Shown: piece by piece, positions 13,687 to 25,781 of the stretch
Layout: the number at the start of each line of letters is the position of its first letter
Numbering within the stretch: position 1 is the stretch's first letter
Program-made: the position numbers and the translations under genes
The notes under the pieces: generated by a model
Databases searched by the model: none
Told to the model about the DNA's origin: nothing
The model's input: the letters and a program-made list of their open reading frames with translations, nothing else
Source of the DNA: a virus
IMG/VR virus record: IMGVR_UViG_3300040786_000030
Location: 88,281 to 152,280 of that record
Reading direction: 5' to 3' (one strand)
Length of the DNA stretch: 64,000 bases

Positions 13687-14429
13687 ATGAAAAAGAAATT
13701 TAACCCAGAATTATTAAAAGAAGAACTTAAAAATTTAGACTTATTTCAGAATATACTTTTGAAACTAAGGGCTATAATTCAGATAACCCATATACTGATG
13801 ATAAATTATTATATGGTAACTCTACGATAGATGAAGTTGATGAAAATCCAGATGCTGCTGATGAAATAGGTAAAGATTTAGGTTTACCACCTGAACAAGA
13901 CATGGGTGGGATGCCAGATACAAATGGAGCACCAGAACAAAACCCTGGAAATGCTATTGATGAACCAGCTCCAGAACCAGCTCCAGAACCAGCTCCAGAA
14001 CCAGCTCCAGAAAGTGATGGTGTTGAGGTTGATGTTACTTCACTTGTTAATTCTAGTGAAGAAGCTAAAGAATCAGCCGATAGTGCTAGTGAAAAATCAG
14101 ACATGATATTACAAAAAATTATAGATTTGGAATCACGAATCAGTAATATGGATAAAATCACTAATAAAATTGAAAACCTAGAACAAGAAATAATCAAAAG
14201 AAATCCGACAGAGGTTGAAAAATTAGAAATGCGTTCATTAAATTCTTTCCCTTATAGTCAAAAAATTAACTGACTATTGGGCAGATAAAGAAGGTCAATA
14301 TGATGTTATGGGTGATAATAAGCAAGAATATATTTTAACCAAAGATGATGTTAATTCAGATTATAGTGATAATAACATAAAACAAAGTTTTACTGTTAAA
14401 ACGATGAATACGAAGAGGAAGATATTTAA
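13687..14429 (+). CDS. Acidic hypothetical protein with EPAP repeats and a coiled coil
   Basis: Includes ORF 13902-14273, extended on both sides across indels. Confidence 0.6.
13962..14012 (+). repeat. Perfect 12-bp tandem repeat (GAACCAGCTCCA)x4
   Basis: Directly visible and in frame, encoding EPAP x4. Confidence 0.95.
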
Positions 14430-14437
14430 ATAAATTT

Positions 14438-14466
14438 AACCCCTTATAATTAAGGGTTTTTATTTT
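14438..14466 (+). terminator. Intrinsic terminator
   Basis: AACCCCTTA-TAAT-TAAGGGTTTTT hairpin with T tract. Confidence 0.65.
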
Positions 14467-14487
14467 ATAAAATAAAAAAAATATGAC

Positions 14488-14591
14488 TTGTTATTTCTTA
14501 AAATTAATAGTAACTTTGTAAAAAATATCTTAAAAATTATTAAAAAAAAATGAAAATACTACTTGACTTTAATAAATAATTAGTATATTTG
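14488..14591 (+). promoter_or_regulatory. Two tandem Bacteroidota-type promoters upstream of SSB
   Basis: TTG(14488)...TAACTTTG(14511-14518) and TTGAC(14563)...TATATTTG(14584-14591). Confidence 0.65.
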
Positions 14592-14646
14592 TACAAGAAT
14601 AATAATATAATAAATAACATAATAATTAATATAATAACTGAACACA

Positions 14647-15551
14647 ATGAAAAATGGAAAATCAGCTTTAGAAGCAATGTTAGCACAATACGAAACGAAT
14701 AACAAACCAAAATATGAAAAAAACAGAAAGTTCTTTTGTTTTAATAAAACGCATATTTTACGATTTACGACTTACCTGATGGTGTAGATTCAATGACAAA
14801 AGAAATTAGACTATTACCTAATTTCAATGGTGGTTCCCATTGGTAGAATATCATGGACATACAGCACCACTAGAAGGTAAAAAATAAAACATTTGCATGT
14901 TTACAACACGAAAAGGCACAGCTTGCCCATTCTGTGAAGCTAGAGAAGAATTATTATCTAGTGGTGATGCGCAAGATAAAGAATTTGCGAAAAAATACTA
15001 CCCTAAAAAATTATATGTTGCTAAAGTAATCGATAGAGCACATGAAGACCATGGTGTTAAATATTGAGATTTAACCATGATTTCCGTAAAGAGGGTGTTT
15101 TTTGATAAAATTGTAGGTATAAGTACAAACCTTAAGAAAAACAAAGATTTATCAAATCCATTAGAAGGTCGTGATTTATCTATTTTTATTAATAGAAACC
15201 AACAAAAATTCCAGTAATTACAACATTGTCACATCAAGACCCAACAGTTTTATCTGAAGATAAAGAATTAATGGATACATGGTTAGCTGATGAAGGTACA
15301 TGGGAAAGTGTATTTCCAGTTAAATCTTATGAGTATTTAGAGATTATCGTTAGAGGTGACACACCAGTTTGGGATAGAGAAAATAAATGTTTTGTTAGTA
15401 AAGAAGCACAAGTTGAAGGTGAAGATAATTCAGAAAAACTTTAGACTCTGAATTAACACTACAAGTTGAAAATGTTAAATCTAATGTTAAAGCAGCTGAC
15501 GTTGTTTTAAAACCAGTAGTTGAAGAAGAAGAAGACGATTTACCGTTTTAA
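14647..15551 (+). CDS. Single-stranded DNA-binding protein, T4 gp32-like (frameshifted)
   Basis: EIRLLP, CPFCEA zinc motif, YVAKVIDR...GVK, EGRDL, and an acidic tail EEEEDDLPF. Confidence 0.8.
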
Positions 15552-15576
15552 TAAATAAATAAAAATAATTAACATA

Positions 15577-15605
15577 AAAAAAAGGTGAGAAATTGCCTTT
15601 TTTTT
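15577..15605 (+). terminator. Intrinsic terminator
   Basis: AAAAAAGGTGA-GAAA-TTGCCTTTTTTTT. Confidence 0.7.
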
Positions 15606-15638
15606 ATCTAAAATAACGAAAAATAATTAAGATTTAAA

Positions 15639-16735
15639 ATGTCTCAAAACCAGAAAAAAAACCAATAACAAAACCATTTGATAATTCAGATTTTAAAAAA
15701 GTCTAGGTTTAGGTAAGCAAGTAATAAAAGAAAAGAAATAACTTGGATACCGTTTAAAAGCTTTCACGATGCTGTTGGTGTACCTGGTGTGGCTAGAGGT
15801 TATACAACACAATTTAGAGGTTTTCAGATGTTGGAAAATCTACTGGTATCTACGAATCGTTAGCTGGTAATCAAAATTAGGTGATTATTCTATTATAATT
15901 GACACTGAGGGTAGTTTTAATTGGGAGCACGCTAAATTAGTTGGTTTTAATTATCAAGAAATATTTGATGAAGAAACTGGTGAGATTATAGATTATGATG
16001 GTGACGATTTTATGTATTTTGGTGGTAGAGACTTATTAAATTTATATCAAAATTTTGATTATAAAGATGCTAAAATGAAAACAACACCATTAAGATATGT
16101 TCCAGTTGTTGAAGATATTGCACGTTTAATTAATGAGATTTTAGATAAACAAGAAAAGGTGAATTCCCACATAATATTACATTTTATGGGATTCAATAGG
16201 TTCTATTGGTTGTTTTCAAGGTGCAGTATCTAATACTAATAATAATCAATGGACAGCTGGTGCGTTAAAAGAGAATTTGAATCAATATTAAATTTCAGAA
16301 TACCAGATTCTAGAAGATTATCATCAAAGTATACCAACACATTTGTTGCTGTACAAAAAATATGGTTAAGACCAAATGCTGTTGGACAACCAACAATTAT
16401 GCATAATGGTGGTGAAGGGTTTAAATATGGTGTTAGAATGATTTTTCACATGGGTGGTAAATCAACATCATCAACTAAAAAATTAGAAGCTGTAAATGCT
16501 GGTAGAAGCTATAATTTTGGTGTCACAACTGAAATACAATGTGTTAAAATCACGTTAATGGTATTGAACTAATGGGGACTATTTGTTCAACACCACATGG
16601 TTTTCTTAATCCATCAGAAAAAATGCATACGTTTCAGCAAATAAGGGTTTTATCAATGCTAAACTAGGTACTAATTTCTCTGATTTTGAAGTTGTCGAGG
16701 AAGAATTAGACACTGATGCTTACTCAAAAGATTAA
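15639..16735 (+). CDS. recA: RecA/UvsX-like recombinase (frameshifted)
   Basis: GVARGYTTQFRGFSDVGKST Walker A, then IIDTEG, WDSIGS and GGEGFKY. Confidence 0.8.
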
Positions 16736-16772
16736 AAGTAGTAAAAAAAGTATTAACCATTAAAGTTTTAAA

Positions 16773-17805
16773 ATGGGTACAAAACCACCAAAAGAGGTGA
16801 AAAAATAGAAAAAAACAAAACACATTAGTAGATGGAAATGCCCTATTTAAAACGGGCTTTTCGGTGCTAAGAATGTCTACAACAAAGATGGTCAACACAT
16901 AGGTGGACTATATCAATTTTTAACAATACTAAGAAAAATGTTAGTTGATGATTTATATCACAGAGTTTATGTATTCTGGGATGGTAATCTAAGCGGTAAA
17001 CTTAGATATGATTTTATAAACCATATAAAAGTGACCGTGGTAAAGACTTTATAAATGGAACTCACCCAATAGATGCTTCCGAACTATCTCAACGTAAAAT
17101 ACTTTGGGAATATTAACGAAATGTATATCAGACAACTAAAACATGAAATTATCGAAGGTGATGATTTTATAGCTTACTACTGTCTAACAAAAAAAGAAAA
17201 CGAAAAGATTACCATATGTACTAATGATACTGACATGGCCCAATTAATAAATGAAGATGTAAAAATTTATTACCTACATTTAAAGAATTATGTTGATAAT
17301 GTCAATTATTCTTCGTACTTTAGCCATCATCAGAGCAATGCTCTTTTAGTTAAATCAATAATAGGTGACACTGCTGATTCTATAAAAGGTATAAAGGGTG
17401 TGGGTGAATCAACACTACTAACTAACTTTCCAGAATTAAAAGAAAAGAGTTGACTATTGATGAGATAATAAAACAAGCTAAGGTTATACAAGAAAATAGA
17501 AAACAAGGTAAGAAACCACCTCTTAAAGCGTTGACAAATATCATTGAGTCTATAACGGATGGTGTACAAGGAAAAGATATATATGCAATTAATAAAAAAT
17601 TGATAAATCTTAAAGAACCTTTGATGACTAAAGATGGTATAAGGCAATTAGAAGATTTAATAGAAGGTACGTTAGATTCTTCAGGTAGAGAGTTAAAAAC
17701 GTCATGGCTATGATGAAACGTGATGGTATAGATAAAGAAATTGGTGATTACAGATACCCTGATTATCTGGTACCATTTAAACAATTAGTAACAAGAGAAA
17801 AATAG
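16773..17805 (+). CDS. 5'-3' exonuclease / flap endonuclease (Pol I N-terminal or T4 RNase H-like)
   Basis: LVDGNA, VFWDG, YKPYKSDR, EGDDFIA, TNDTDMAQL and GDTADSIKGIKGVG motifs. Confidence 0.85.
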
Positions 17806-17837
17806 AACAATTAAAAACAATTAAAAACAAAAACAAA

Positions 17838-18354
17838 ATGGTACTAAACACTAAAAAAATGGAAGAACAAGTATTTGACGAACCAAGATTCGAATTTTTA
17901 TTATATGTAAATAATAATTATTTGTCAAAGAGGTTTTAATATCCGTGATTATGATGAAAAATTCACAGATGTTGTTGAGTCTAATGAGGTTAGACAATTT
18001 CAGAGTTTGATGAAATTAAAACATTAATCGATTCACTTACTGGTATGAATAATGGTGAGTTTGGGGAGTTAGGTATGATACCTAACCATTTAAAACAAAA
18101 TCTATTACCTATCTTTGGGATAATTATAATCCATTCCAATATCAAGGTGTTGATTCTTATAAATCACCAAATAAAAGGTGATACATTCCAATTTGAGATA
18201 AAAGCTGATAATTACATTTTAGCAAAAGTGAATTTTCTAACGAATTTTTTACATTAAACCCAAAATAAACGTTGATATTAGAGAAATTATACCAGAAATC
18301 ATCAAAGAGATTAGGTATTATTTATCTTCAAAATTATTCAAAGTGTTGGTTTAA
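17838..18354 (+). CDS. Hypothetical protein (frameshifted)
   Basis: Coding-like sequence between the exonuclease and helicase (RFEFLLYVN...VDIREIIPEII). Confidence 0.5.
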
Positions 18355-18404
18355 CCAATACTTTTGTATATTATAATAACAATGTTTTAAAATAGTAGAC
18401 TATA

Positions 18405-19816
18405 ATGGCGAATATAGATAAGAATAATTTAGGTTACTTAGGGGCAGATTACCAATTACGATTAGTTGCTCAAATACTTACTGATAGAAAATTTGGTGAA
18501 TTAATAATCGACATATTGAACCTAATTACTTTCAAGATGAATATGTTAGAATAGTTGTGGCGGCAATTAAAAACGCAAAACAAGTATATGATGTGTTACC
18601 AGATATGGGTAGTCTTGAAGCTAGATTATTAGATGAAATTTCAGGTGATGTTCAAAGAAGATATGCAATTTCTCAACTTAGAAAAATACAAGAAGCAAGT
18701 TTAAATGACACTATTTGGGTTCAAGACACTGCTATGCGTTTTTGTAAACAACAAGAACTAATAAAATCAGTACAAGAGATTAATAGAATCATTAGTAAGG
18801 GTGATAATGAAACTTATGAAGAATGTGCTATAATATTAAGAAAAGCGTTAGACCATGGTGATTCTAAGGATGATGGTATGGATATCTTTCACGATATTGA
18901 ACATGTATTAGAGGATGATTTTAGAAAACCAATTAGAACTGGTATTCATGGTTTAGATGATATTATGGATGGTGGTTTAGCTAGGGTGAGTTAGCGGTTG
19001 TATTAGCACCGTTTGGTGTTGGTAAAACAACCATGTTAACTAAAATTGCTAATACAGCAATGACTGATGGGTTGAAAGTTTTACAAATTTTCTTTGAAGA
19101 TAACCCGAAAGTTATTCAAAGAAAACATTTAGCTTGTTGGTCTAAGATTAGTTTAAATGAATTGTCAACACACAGAGAAGATATTATGGATATTGTAACT
19201 GAAATGACAGCTAAAAAGGTGTGTTAAAACTTAAGAAATTTTCTAGTGATGGTACAACAATACCAGTTATTAGACAATATATTAGAAAATTAACAGCGCA
19301 AGGGTTTAAACCTGATATTTTAGTGTTAGATTATATTGACTGTGTTGAACCATCTAGAACATTTAGTGATGTAAATGTAGGTGAAGGTAGTGTGATGAGA
19401 CAATTTGAAACTTTATTACATGAATTAGATATAGCTGGATGGACAGCTGTACAAGGTAATAGAAGCTCTATTTCAGCTTCAGTTGTTGAGGCTAACAAAT
19501 GGGTGGTTCGATTAAAAAGGGCAAATTGGGCATTTTGTTGTATCTATTGCTAAAACATTAGACCAAAAGAAAATGGCACCGCTACTATGGCGATACTTAA
19601 ATCTCGTTTCGGTAAGGATGGGGTTGTATTTGAAGATATAGTTTTCAATAATGCAACGATTCAAATTGATATGGGTGAAAAAGATAGAGGTCATACACGT
19701 GTAGAGTATAAAGTCGTTGAGACACAAGAAAAAAGCGAAAGCTAATAGAATAATGGATGCTGCTAAACAAAGAAAAAAGTCTTTTAGGTGGTGTTTCAGA
19801 TGAAGAAAACAATTAA
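18405..19816 (+). CDS. dnaB: Replicative DNA helicase, DnaB/gp41 family (frameshifted)
   Basis: RTGIHGLDDIMDGGL, LAPFGVGKTT Walker A, LVLDYID, WTAVQGNR and ILKSRFG. Confidence 0.9.
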
Positions 19817-19838
19817 TAATAAAAAAAAAATAATAATA

Positions 19839-20779
19839 ATGATTGAACCTATATTAAAAGAAAACGACAATAGATTTGTAATTTTCCAATTGAACACCAA
19901 GATATTTTGACATGTACTTAACCCAAAAGCGGCTATGTGGACAGTTGAAGAAATTGATTTATCAAAGATATTGAACATTGGAATAAAAATTAAGTAATGA
20001 TGAAAGATATTTTATTAAGAACATATTAGCATTTTTGCCGCTTCAGATGGTATTGTAAATGAGAATTTAGCTATTAATTTTCTTAATGAAGTACAATATG
20101 CTGAAGCTAAATTTTTCTATGGTTTTCAAATTATGATGGAAAATATTCATAGTCATATGTATTCCTTATTGATTGACACATATGTAAAGGATATCAAAGA
20201 GAGAAATGAATGTTTCAAAGCTATTGAGTATATGCCAGTTAAGAAAAAAGCTGAATGGGCTCTTAATTGGGTTGATTCACCTAATTTTGTTGAAAGACTT
20301 ATAGCATTTGTTGCCGTTGAAGGTATTTTCTTCTCTGGTAGTTTTGTAGTATCTTTTATCTTAAGTCTAGAGGTTTAATGCCTGGATTATGTGATTCAAA
20401 TGTTTTTATTTCTAGAGATGAAGCAATGCATGCTGATTTTGCGATACATTTAATCAATAACCATATTGTTAATAAACCATCTAAAGAAAAATTAGAGAAA
20501 TATTTTTATCTGCTTTAGTAATTGAAAAGAATTTATTACTGAGTCATTACCTGTAAGTTTAATCGGTATGAATTCTGGATTAATGAAACAATACTTAGAA
20601 TTTGTTGTTGATGGTTTGTTAGTACAATTAAAATGTGAAAAGAATTTAACTCAAAGAATCCATTTGAATTTATGAATCAGATAGCATTAAAAACAAAACA
20701 GAATTTCTTTGAAGGTCGCTCAACTGAGTATAAAGCTGCAGATTTATCTGGTGCTATATCATTTGACGAAGAAATATAA
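19839..20779 (+). CDS. nrdB: Ribonucleotide reductase class Ia beta subunit (frameshifted)
   Basis: [39 protein letters not shown] and NFFE motifs. Confidence 0.95.
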
Positions 20780-20796
20780 AATATAAAAATAAAAAT

Positions 20797-23095
20797 ATGC
20801 AAGTAATAAAAGAAATGGTCAAAAAATTGACTTTAATCCGAATAAAATATTAATAAGAATAAAAAACAATCATCAGGTTAAAAGTTAACCCTGATGAGGT
20901 ATTTTAAAAGTTACACAGGGTATCGCTGACAATATGACAACAAATCAAGTTGATGATTTAATATCTGTTGTTTCTGAGTCTCTTTCAATGAACCACCCAG
21001 ATTATTCAATTTTAGCTGCTAATATATCTATTAGTAAGTTACATAAAGAAACTGAGGATTCATTTATGAAAGCAACTAAAAACTATATAATGCTGGGTTA
21101 TTAAGTGATGTTTATTTTAATAAGGTAAAAGAAAATTACGAATTTATAGAAACAGTTATTGATTATAGTCGAGATTTTAATTTTGATTATTTTGGTTGGT
21201 GTTCACTAAAAGATATTTATTTACTTAAAATTGGTGATTTAATAGCTGAGAGACCACAACAACTTTATGTTAGGGTAGCGCTTATGGTTACAAACACGCC
21301 AGAAGATTTTATAGAAAAATATAATGATTTAAGTAATCAAAGAGAATCTCCAGCAACACCAATTAAGATTAATATTGGAACTAAAATAGGTCAAATAGCT
21401 TCTTGTAATTTATCTATCGTTCCAGATGATTCAACTGATGGTTTATTAGAAATGTTAGGTAGAATATCAATTTCTTCATCTAAAGCTGAGGGTATTGGTC
21501 TAGCAGTATCAAATATTCGTTCAAAAGAAAGTAACGTTGGTAAATCTAATGGTAAAGCTGGTGGTATTTTAAAATATCTTAAAGTTGTAAATGAAGCTCT
21601 TAGATTTTGGAATCAAAGGGTAAAAGACCTGGTTCTTGTGCTGTTTATATAGAACCATGGCATAAAGATATATTTGATGTTTTAGATATGAGAAAGAAAA
21701 CTGGTGATGAAAATCTAAGGGCTAGAGATTTATTTTCAGCACTTTGGGTACCAGATAATTTTATGAGAGCAGTTGAGGATAATGGTGATTGGTACTTATT
21801 TTGTCCAAATGATATTAAAGTATCTGGTTTAAAACCATTTTATGAGATTTATGGTGCTGAATATGAGGAAGAATATAATAAAGCTGTAGAACTAGGTATT
21901 GGTACTAAAATAAAAGCGCATGACTTATGGTTAAAAATACTTGAATCACAAATCGAGAGTGGTATGCCATATATGTGTTTTAAGGATTCTGCGAATATGA
22001 AATCAAACCAAAAAAATATGGGTATGATTCACTCAAGTAATCTTTGTGCTGAAATTATGGAAGTGACCGATGCTAAAACAACAGCTATTTGTACTCTTAC
22101 AAGTATTCCACTTCAAAAGTTTATTAAAGATAATGAATATGATTATTTAGGTTTAGGTCGTGTTACTCGCTCAATAACTAAATCTCTTAACATTGCTTTG
22201 GAGATAAACGAGTATTCAACTATAGAAGGACGTAAAGGTGGTTTAGAACAAAGAGCTTTAGGAATTGGTACACAAGGATTAGCTGATGTATTTGCGTTAC
22301 TTAAAGTAGGGTTTACATCACCAGAAGCTAGATTATTAAATAAGAATATATATGAAACAATATATTTTAATGCGTTAAGAGAATCTTGTGATTTAGCAAA
22401 AGAAACTGGTTTAACATATGATGGTTATGAGGGTTCACCAATTTCTAAAGGTGTATTTCAATGGGAAATGTGGGATTTAAAGGAAAGTGATTTATCTGGG
22501 ATGCATAATTGGAAACAATTGCGTAAGGATATAATTAAATATGGTGTTAGAAATTCATTAGTTACTTGTGAACCACCAACAGCTAGTTCAGCTCGTGTTA
22601 TTGGTTCTAATGAAGCTTTTGAACCATTTACTTCAAATTTATATGTTCGTAGAGTAACTGGTGGTGAATTTGCAATGGTAAATAAACACTTAGTTAGGGA
22701 ATTAGAAGAAGCTGGAATTTGGGATAGACAAACACTTAATGAATTAATTAAAAATGATGGTAGTGTTCAGAATATACCAATTATTAGCGAAGAACTTAAA
22801 GATAGGTATAAAACTGTTTGGGAAATATCTCAAAAATCTTTAATTGAAATGTCAGCTGATAGAGGACCTTTATCGACCAATCACAAAGTCTTAACATATT
22901 CTTTTCAACACCTACAGTAGGTAAATTAACTACCGCACATACACTTGGTTGGAAGTTAGGTCTTAAAACTGGTCAGTATTATTTGAGAAGCCAATCCGTT
23001 GATAATAAAGCTAAACATTTAGCGATTGACATGGATACTGTTAAAGTCGAAAACCAATTGACAGTCAGTTTGAGTGTTTTGGTTGTTCATCATAA
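20797..23095 (+). CDS. nrdA: Ribonucleotide reductase class Ia alpha subunit with ATP cone (frameshifted)
   Basis: N-terminal ATP cone, ERPQ, YIEPWH, SSNLCAEI, PTASS, LKTGQYY and C-terminal CFGCSS. Confidence 0.95.
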
Positions 23096-23112
23096 TATAA
23101 AAATAGATAAAT

Positions 23113-23137
23113 AGGACCCATAATAGGGTCCTTTTTT
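23113..23137 (+). terminator. Intrinsic terminator after nrdA
   Basis: AGGACCC-ATAATA-GGGTCCT followed by a T tract. Confidence 0.8.
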
Positions 23138-23194
23138 ATTACCATATTTACTTATAAAAATAAAATATTATTATATTTATCTAATAAAGAAGGT

Positions 23195-23573
23195 ATGGCA
23201 AAATATATAAATATAAATTATCCATTTAAAGATAGTCCTAAAGGGTTCTTTTAGATTTAAATAGTGATGATGCATCAGCTATAAAAGCTGACCTTATGCA
23301 TTTAATACTAACCAGAAAGGGTCAGAGACTATATAGTCCAGATTTTGGTACCGATTTGTTAAAATTTATTTTGAACCTGAAGATGGGTTAACGCTTAATG
23401 GTATTAAAAGTGAAATAACTACAGTTGTTAAACGTTATCTACCAAAATTACAAATAGATGAGATAACAGTACTCCAATCAGACGAAAGCGAATATGCTGC
23501 GGTAGTAACGTTAAAATACACAATAACAGATGATGTCTTTACAACTACTGATATCGTAATAATAAATATATAA
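23195..23573 (+). CDS. Baseplate wedge subunit, gp25-like
   Basis: IKADLMHLILTRKGQRLYSPDFGTDL..FIFEP is a gp25/GPW signature. It is preceded by ATATTTAT at 23173. Confidence 0.85.
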
Positions 23574-25384
23574 TGGGAAATAATGGAATTAATTATACGT
23601 CACGAAATTTCGTAGACATACGTACAGATTTGGTTAATATGGTAAAACAATATTATCCAGATATTTTTGGTGATTTTAACGATGCGTCAGTTGGTATGAT
23701 GATACTTGAACTAAATGCTGCTGTTGGGGATATGTTATCAGTCAATACTGATAGGATGTTTCAAGAAACACAAATAGATTACGCTAAAGAAAGAAAGTCA
23801 ATATTAGCAATGGCTAGGACTTTCGGTTTAAACGTACCAGGCAAAAGGCCAAGCATAACAATAGTTGATTTCAGTGTAACTGTCCCAGTATTTGGTGATA
23901 GCTTTAACGTAGCATATGCTCCAATAATTAGAAGTGGCTCACAAGTAACAGGTGCTGGTAAAGTGTTTGAGGTTGAAACTGATATCGACTTTTCAAACCC
24001 GTTTAATATTAATGGAATTCCAAATAGAATAATAATACCAAATCTAGATTCAAATTCTAATTTGATTAATTATACGTTAACTAAGAGAGATAGTTAAAAT
24101 GGGACTTCTAAAGTGTTTAAAAGAGTAATTAGTAGTTCAGATGTTAAACCATTCTTAGAAATTATTTTACCAGAAGATAACGTTATATCTGTTGAATCGA
24201 TAATAACACTTAATGGTACTAATTACTCTAAAATTCTAATTTAGAAGATTTTACAAATTTAGATAATAGATGGTTTGAAATGGACGCACTAGCTGAAGAT
24301 AAAGTTTTATTGAAGATAACTCTATTATAAGTGATAACTCAAGTCTAAGACCAGGTAAATGGATATCTGTAACTAGAAAATTTATTAGAGAATACACTGA
24401 TTTAGGTTTTACAAAGATAATATTAGGTGGTGGGACACAAGATACTAGTAGCCTTTGTGATTTTGATACAAATATTGCTTTAGTTAATCAAATTGGTGAT
24501 TTTATTAATAATTTATCATTAGGTGTTACACCTAGCGCAAATACTACTATGTTTATTAAATATAGAGTTGGTGGTGGTTCTGATAGTAATGTTGGTCCAA
24601 ATGTTTTAACTTCATTAGGTATTGTTAATATGAACGTTAATGGACCAGATGCTACATTAAATAGTGCGGTTAAAACATCTTTAAAAGTTAATAATACATT
24701 TCCAGCTTTAGGTGGTAAAGATACCCCAAGTGTTGAAGAAATTAGAAATTTAGTTAGATATAACTTTTCATCGCAAAACAGAGCAGTAACAATAAAAGAT
24801 TACCATACAAGAATTGCTCAAATGCCAGGTAATTTTGGTGTACCTTTTAGATGTGGTGTTTTCGAACAACAAAATAAAGTTAAAGTATATGTTTTAAGTT
24901 TAGATTCAAGTTCAAAATTAACTAATTCTTCTACTAGTATCTTAAGAGATAATATATCAACTTATTTATCTGAATATAGAATGCTTAATGATTATGTTGA
25001 AGTAACAAACGGTAAAATAATAAATTTATCGTTTCAGGTAGATTTAATGATTGATAAAAAATTACCACAAGCTCAAATAATGGGTCAAGTTATTAGTGTT
25101 GTTGAACAATATATGAATATTAATAAATACCAAATGGGTGAGAATATATATTTATCTTCACTTATTGAATTAATTAACAATGTAGGTGGAGTTTTAAACG
25201 TTGTTGATTTAAGGATTTATAATAAAATTGGTCAGGGTGTGTATAGTCTTAACGAAATATCGCAACCATATATCAATTTAACGACTAGACAAGTTAATAT
25301 TTCTGATTACACCCTTTTGGTGACCCAATTAGTATGTTTGAAATACGTAGACCAAGTGTGGATATTATTGTTAGGGTTAAATAA
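23573..25384 (+). CDS. Baseplate wedge subunit, gp6/J-like (frameshifted)
   Basis: NYTSRNFVDIRTDL, YRVGGGSDSNV, GGKDTPSVEEIR and QNRAVTIKDY. Confidence 0.85.
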
Positions 25385-25428
25385 GATTTTTATTTAAAAA
25401 ATGTCTTATATTAAAAGAAAACACGTAT

Positions 25429-25778
25429 ATGGGTTGTAATTGTAAAAATGAAAATGGAAGTATTGAGGATTTGTTAAATAACAATGAACCAAGTAAAAAA
25501 ATTAAATATCGTACAAACAATAATTAAATATTCACTAAAAATATTAGGGTTTTAATTATGTTAGTGTTTTTACCAATAATTAATCTAGGAATAATCTGGA
25601 TAATTTTAGGACTTTAATTTTAAATAAAAATGTTGATTTTAAACCTTTATTAACTAAAATTGGTGGACTATTTCAATCTAAAGAATATGATGACGATGAC
25701 GACGATGATGATGAAGAATATAATGAAGATAACTTCACAATGTTAAACGTTGAAGATATAACAAAAAAAAGTAAATAA
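25429..25778 (+). CDS. Small hypothetical membrane protein with acidic tail
   Basis: MGCNCK start, a central hydrophobic stretch and a poly-Asp tract. Confidence 0.55.
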
Positions 25779-25781
25779 AAT

